NCBI GenBank assembly: GCA_035084275.1
Contig: CM068752.1
Coordinates: 13,144,001 to 13,208,000 of the forward strand
DNA: 64,000 nucleotides
From: Hydrolagus colliei
Taxonomy: Eukaryota
Direction of reading: 5' to 3'
The translations under genes and the position numbers were made by a program. Every line of letters begins with the position of its first letter. The stretch's first letter is position 1. The notes below the pieces were generated by a model. It saw nothing but the letters and a program-made list of their open reading frames with translations, ran no database searches and was not told the DNA's origin. Shown here in pieces: positions 63,735 through 64,000 of the stretch.

Positions 63735-63831
63735 CTGAAACACGGTTTGTAGCAGAATCAGCATCGTTTTCATTGTCTTCAAGGTCAAAGAGATGGTCTT
63801 TGGGAGTTTGGTCCAAGAGAACTTCAAATCT
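63735..63831 (-). CDS. WD40-repeat protein, internal exon a
   Basis: ttcctgtgttttccAG|AGA acceptor, TCA G|GTAAAG donor; 97 nt; RFEVLLDQTPKDHLFDLEDNENDADSATNRVS; phase 1 matches the next exon. The 5' boundary could lie further upstream because the frame is open to ~63950. Confidence 0.6.
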
Positions 63832-64000
63832 CTGGAAAACACAGGAATAAAAACTTGTTGTGCCTTGTGACGGAGTAATTTGCAGCCTTTCAGGAGAATG
63901 TGCTGTTCTGGTTTTTACACGAGAAGTTTGGATGAAACGGAAATATTCACTCCATGCGATCTCATCCTTCCTAAATATCTAACCTACTGCCTTTCTATTA

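Noticed and set aside
1-64000. Prokaryotic features (CRISPR arrays, operons, rRNA)
   Set aside because: None seen; the sequence is intron-containing vertebrate DNA.

Overview
Eukaryotic (vertebrate) genomic DNA, about 40% GC and very repeat-rich. The repeat set (CR1 LINEs with (ATTCTATG)n tails, L2 fragments, Deu-type SINEs, a Penelope-like 'ctgacgaagg..cgaaac..cagatgctg..acctgctg' repeat) suggests a cartilaginous fish; this is inference. I reconstructed two spliced genes by hand, both on the minus strand, with canonical AG/GT sites and matching intron phases. (1) A Siglec-like receptor at 16002-32601: one V-set domain with the sialic-acid-binding Arg, three C2-type Ig domains, a TM segment, an ITIM exon and a terminal exon. 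The leader exon was not found. (2) The 3' part of a WD40-repeat gene, 7 exons at 53728-63831, continuing beyond the window. Mobile DNA includes two ~98% identical young CR1 copies, an internally deleted Tigger/pogo element with intact TIRs, a 370-bp TA-flanked MITE nested in a SINE, a composite tRNA-headed SINE family (>12 copies), AmnSINE/SacSINE-like elements and two unclassified dispersed repeat pairs. Most ORFs in the supplied track are spurious or repeat-derived. Exon and TIR/TSD coordinates were counted base by base; boundaries of old repeats are approximate.
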